A stretch of DNA of 64,000 bases, from positions 186,001-250,000 of the forward strand of contig NIVC01000103.1 of NCBI GenBank assembly GCA_002269645.1. The letters are read 5' to 3'. The notes below the pieces were generated by a model. That model was not told where the DNA came from. It ran no database searches and saw only the letters and a list, made by a program, of their open reading frames with translations. Both the position numbers and the translations under genes were made by a program. Positions within the stretch are counted from its first letter, which is position 1, and every line of letters starts with the position of its first letter. Shown here piece after piece: positions 61,961 to 64,000 of the stretch. Source of the stretch: Macrostomum lignano. Lineage: Eukaryota.

Positions 61961-63405
61961 TCACAGGTCCATCGTTAGCGGGACCGAACTTTCAATTCCA
62001 GCTCCATTGCTGAAAAATTTCAGAAGATCAAATATAATAAGAGATATCGAATGAAAGAATAGATTAAAAGCGCAGATATTTCTACTACAAGTAGACTAAT
62101 TAGGACCTTACCCGGCCTCTAATTTCTCTTCGATGGTCGCAGCCAGCAAGAGTTTCGGGCTGAGCGTGACGGCCGCAGCAGATTTGCCGAACTTTGAGCC
62201 TCTCTGGAACATGTATCGAACTATTAATTAGAAGTAATAAGGTAAGCTTGCTAGCTTAGGTTCGCCTAGGGTTGTAGTGCCGTTCACAGCCGTGAGGGCC
62301 AGCCTCCAAGGCACAGAGAGCGTACATGCCTGATTAATAAACAGTCAGGGCGATTGTACACCCTGTGTGAGCGGTGTGTATGAGTGCGTGTTTGCGTAAA
62401 GTATTGGAGTGCTTGCATGCTCAGGAGTCAGTGGAATGAGCAGCATTGATTATCATAATTAAATCAAACTCAACCACCAGATCTACTTGTCCCATGCACA
62501 TACCATGTCAGACACTACAGGTGCCGACTGTCTTCTAAGACCGAGTCGATAGGGAGCAGGGGGAGCTGCGTCGATTGTCTGAAATTCGGTTTTGAATGTG
62601 TATAATTGAAAACATAATTTTTTCATAGCAGGTGCGAACCTGTCTCTCTCCCTGCATCCACTGTCTCTCCCTGCATCCACTGTCCCTCTCCCTGCATCCA
62701 CTGTCTCCTTCTGCATCCACTGTCGCTCTCCCTGCATCCACTGTCGCTCTCCCTGCATTCACTGTCTCTCTCACTACATCCACTGTCCCTCTCCCTGCAT
62801 CCACTGTCTCTCTCACTACATCCACTGTCGCTCTCCCTGCATCCACTGTCTCTCCCTGCATCCACTGTCTCTCTCCCTGCATCCACTGTCCCTCTCCCTG
62901 CATCCACTGTCCCTCTCCCTGCATTCACTGTCTCTCCCTGCATCCACTGTACCTCTCCCTGCATCCACTGTCCCTCTCCCTGCATTCACTGTCTCTCTCA
63001 CTACATCCACTGTCCCTCTCCCTGCATTCACTGTCTCTCCCTGCATTCACTGTCTCTCCCTGCATCCACTGTCTCTCTCCCTGCATCCACTGTCTCTCTC
63101 CCTGCATCCGCTGCTCAGTTGGAACCTTGAACTCCTCCTCCGTGGCATCGTCGCTGACGACAGGCGGGGCCGAGTCCCGCTGACTCGGCAGGGTGTCCAG
63201 CGGCGGCAGCGGCGGCGCCGAAGGCTCCTTTGGCTCCGGCAGGCGTCGGCGCACCCGAATGTGGACAACACCGTCGGCGACCACAGCGTCGACAAGTCGA
63301 CGAGCGACCTCTTCGGTGCTGGACGATGCCGCAGAACTGGGTGACTGGGAGAGGGCGGGCTGGCCGTCCACCGACAAGATTTCGTCGCCAGGGTGAATTC
63401 CGCAT
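61961..63405 (-). CDS. 3' exons of a PDZ-domain protein (5' part outside window)
   Basis: Exon 63405-63126 encodes the PDZ C-terminal half CGIHPGDEILSVDGQ...VARRLVDAVVADGVVHIRVRR. In-phase candidate exons follow at 62578-62504, 62203-62112 and 62009-61961, ending SSVPLTMDL*. The downstream exon chain is inferred from splice signals and phase only. Confidence 0.62.
62640..63105. repeat. ~21-23-bp minisatellite in PDZ gene intron
   Basis: Units CTCCCTGCATCCACTGTCTCT. They generate the MQGERQW-type ORFs. Confidence 0.9.
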
Positions 63406-63523
63406 CTGTTGGGCGAAATCGGGAAAATGCTGGAATATGCTTAGAGTAGGATGTACTCGTATGTATGTATGTTTTGCTTAACATCACTCGTGATGACTTG
63501 TATGGGGATTTGTATAGGGATAG

Positions 63524-63975
63524 GTGGCAGGTAAGGGAGGGAGGTGGCTGGGTAAGGGATTGAGGTGGTGGGGTAAGGGAGTGAGGTGGCTGGGTAAGGG
63601 AGTGAGGTGGCTGGGTAAGGGAGTGAGGTGGTTGGGTAAGGGATTGAGGTGGTGGGGTAAGGGAGTGAGGTGGTGGGGTAAGGGAGTGAGGTGGCGGGGT
63701 AAGGGAGTGAGGTGGCGGGGTAAGGGAGTGAGGTGGTGGGGTAAGGGAGTGAGGTGGCGGGGTAAGGGAGTGAGGTGGTTGGGTAAGGGAGTGAGGTGGC
63801 GGGGTAAGGAAGTGAGGTGGTTGGGTAAGGGAGTGAGGTGGCGGGGTAAGGGAGTGAGGTGGTTGGGTAAGGGAGTGAGGTGGTTGGGTAAGGGAGTGAG
63901 GTGGTTGGGTAAGGGAGTGAGGTGGTTGGGTAAGGGAGTGAGGTGATTGGGTAAGGGAGTGAGGTGGTGGGGCTA
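63524..63975. repeat. 21-bp G-rich minisatellite
   Basis: Units GGGTAAGGGAGTGAGGTGG(T/C)(T/G). Confidence 0.92.
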
Positions 63976-64000
63976 GGGAAACGTTTTAGGCGCGGATTTA

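Noticed and set aside
4246-63946. Dozens of long ORFs in the track with periodic peptides (e.g. 4877-5833, 11228-11875, 28206-29103, 30332-31160, 49232-49887, 51734-52587, 62535-63183, 63524-63946)
   Set aside because: They are translations of intronic/intergenic minisatellites, open in several overlapping frames on both strands, and lie between well-defined splice sites of real genes.

Overview
Eukaryotic (animal) genomic window with spliceosomal GT-AG introns, GC-rich exons and introns packed with minisatellites. The style suggests a free-living flatworm such as Macrostomum, but this is inference only. I assembled eight protein-coding loci by hand from splice sites and reading-frame phase: (1) Y-box cold-shock protein (+, 90-3581); (2) NCBP2/CBP20 (-, 5085-8695); (3) a DSL-domain Notch-ligand-like membrane protein with 16 EGF repeats (-, 12759-17335); (4) an intact CBM39+GH16 beta-1,3-glucanase/glucan-binding protein (-, 23505-26149), which has a tandem pseudogene copy (-, ~18181-21710); (5) an LRRC74-like LRR+EF-hand protein (+, 28112-35545); (6) an SLC25A33/36-like mitochondrial carrier (+, 46635-54578); (7) a small RFamide/RYamide neuropeptide precursor (-, 57169-57483); (8) the 3' exons of a PDZ-domain gene (-, 61961-63405). 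Mobile DNA includes two hAT-type non-autonomous elements with perfect 8-bp TSDs, a tRNA-derived SINE family (one complete copy with a 15-bp TSD), RTE LINE and piggyBac remnants, and a foldback-like element. There is also a ~9.6-kb element with CAC...GTG termini, inserted in a (CA)n tract, that carries 12 near-identical ~665-bp tandem units. Most long ORFs in the supplied track are artefacts of about 20 minisatellite arrays. No rRNA, bona fide tRNA or CRISPR array is supported. The most notable items are the neuropeptide precursor (GMFRYamide/pQMFRFamide), the transposon-borne 665-bp array, the atypical DSL ligand and the intron-specific minisatellite pattern.
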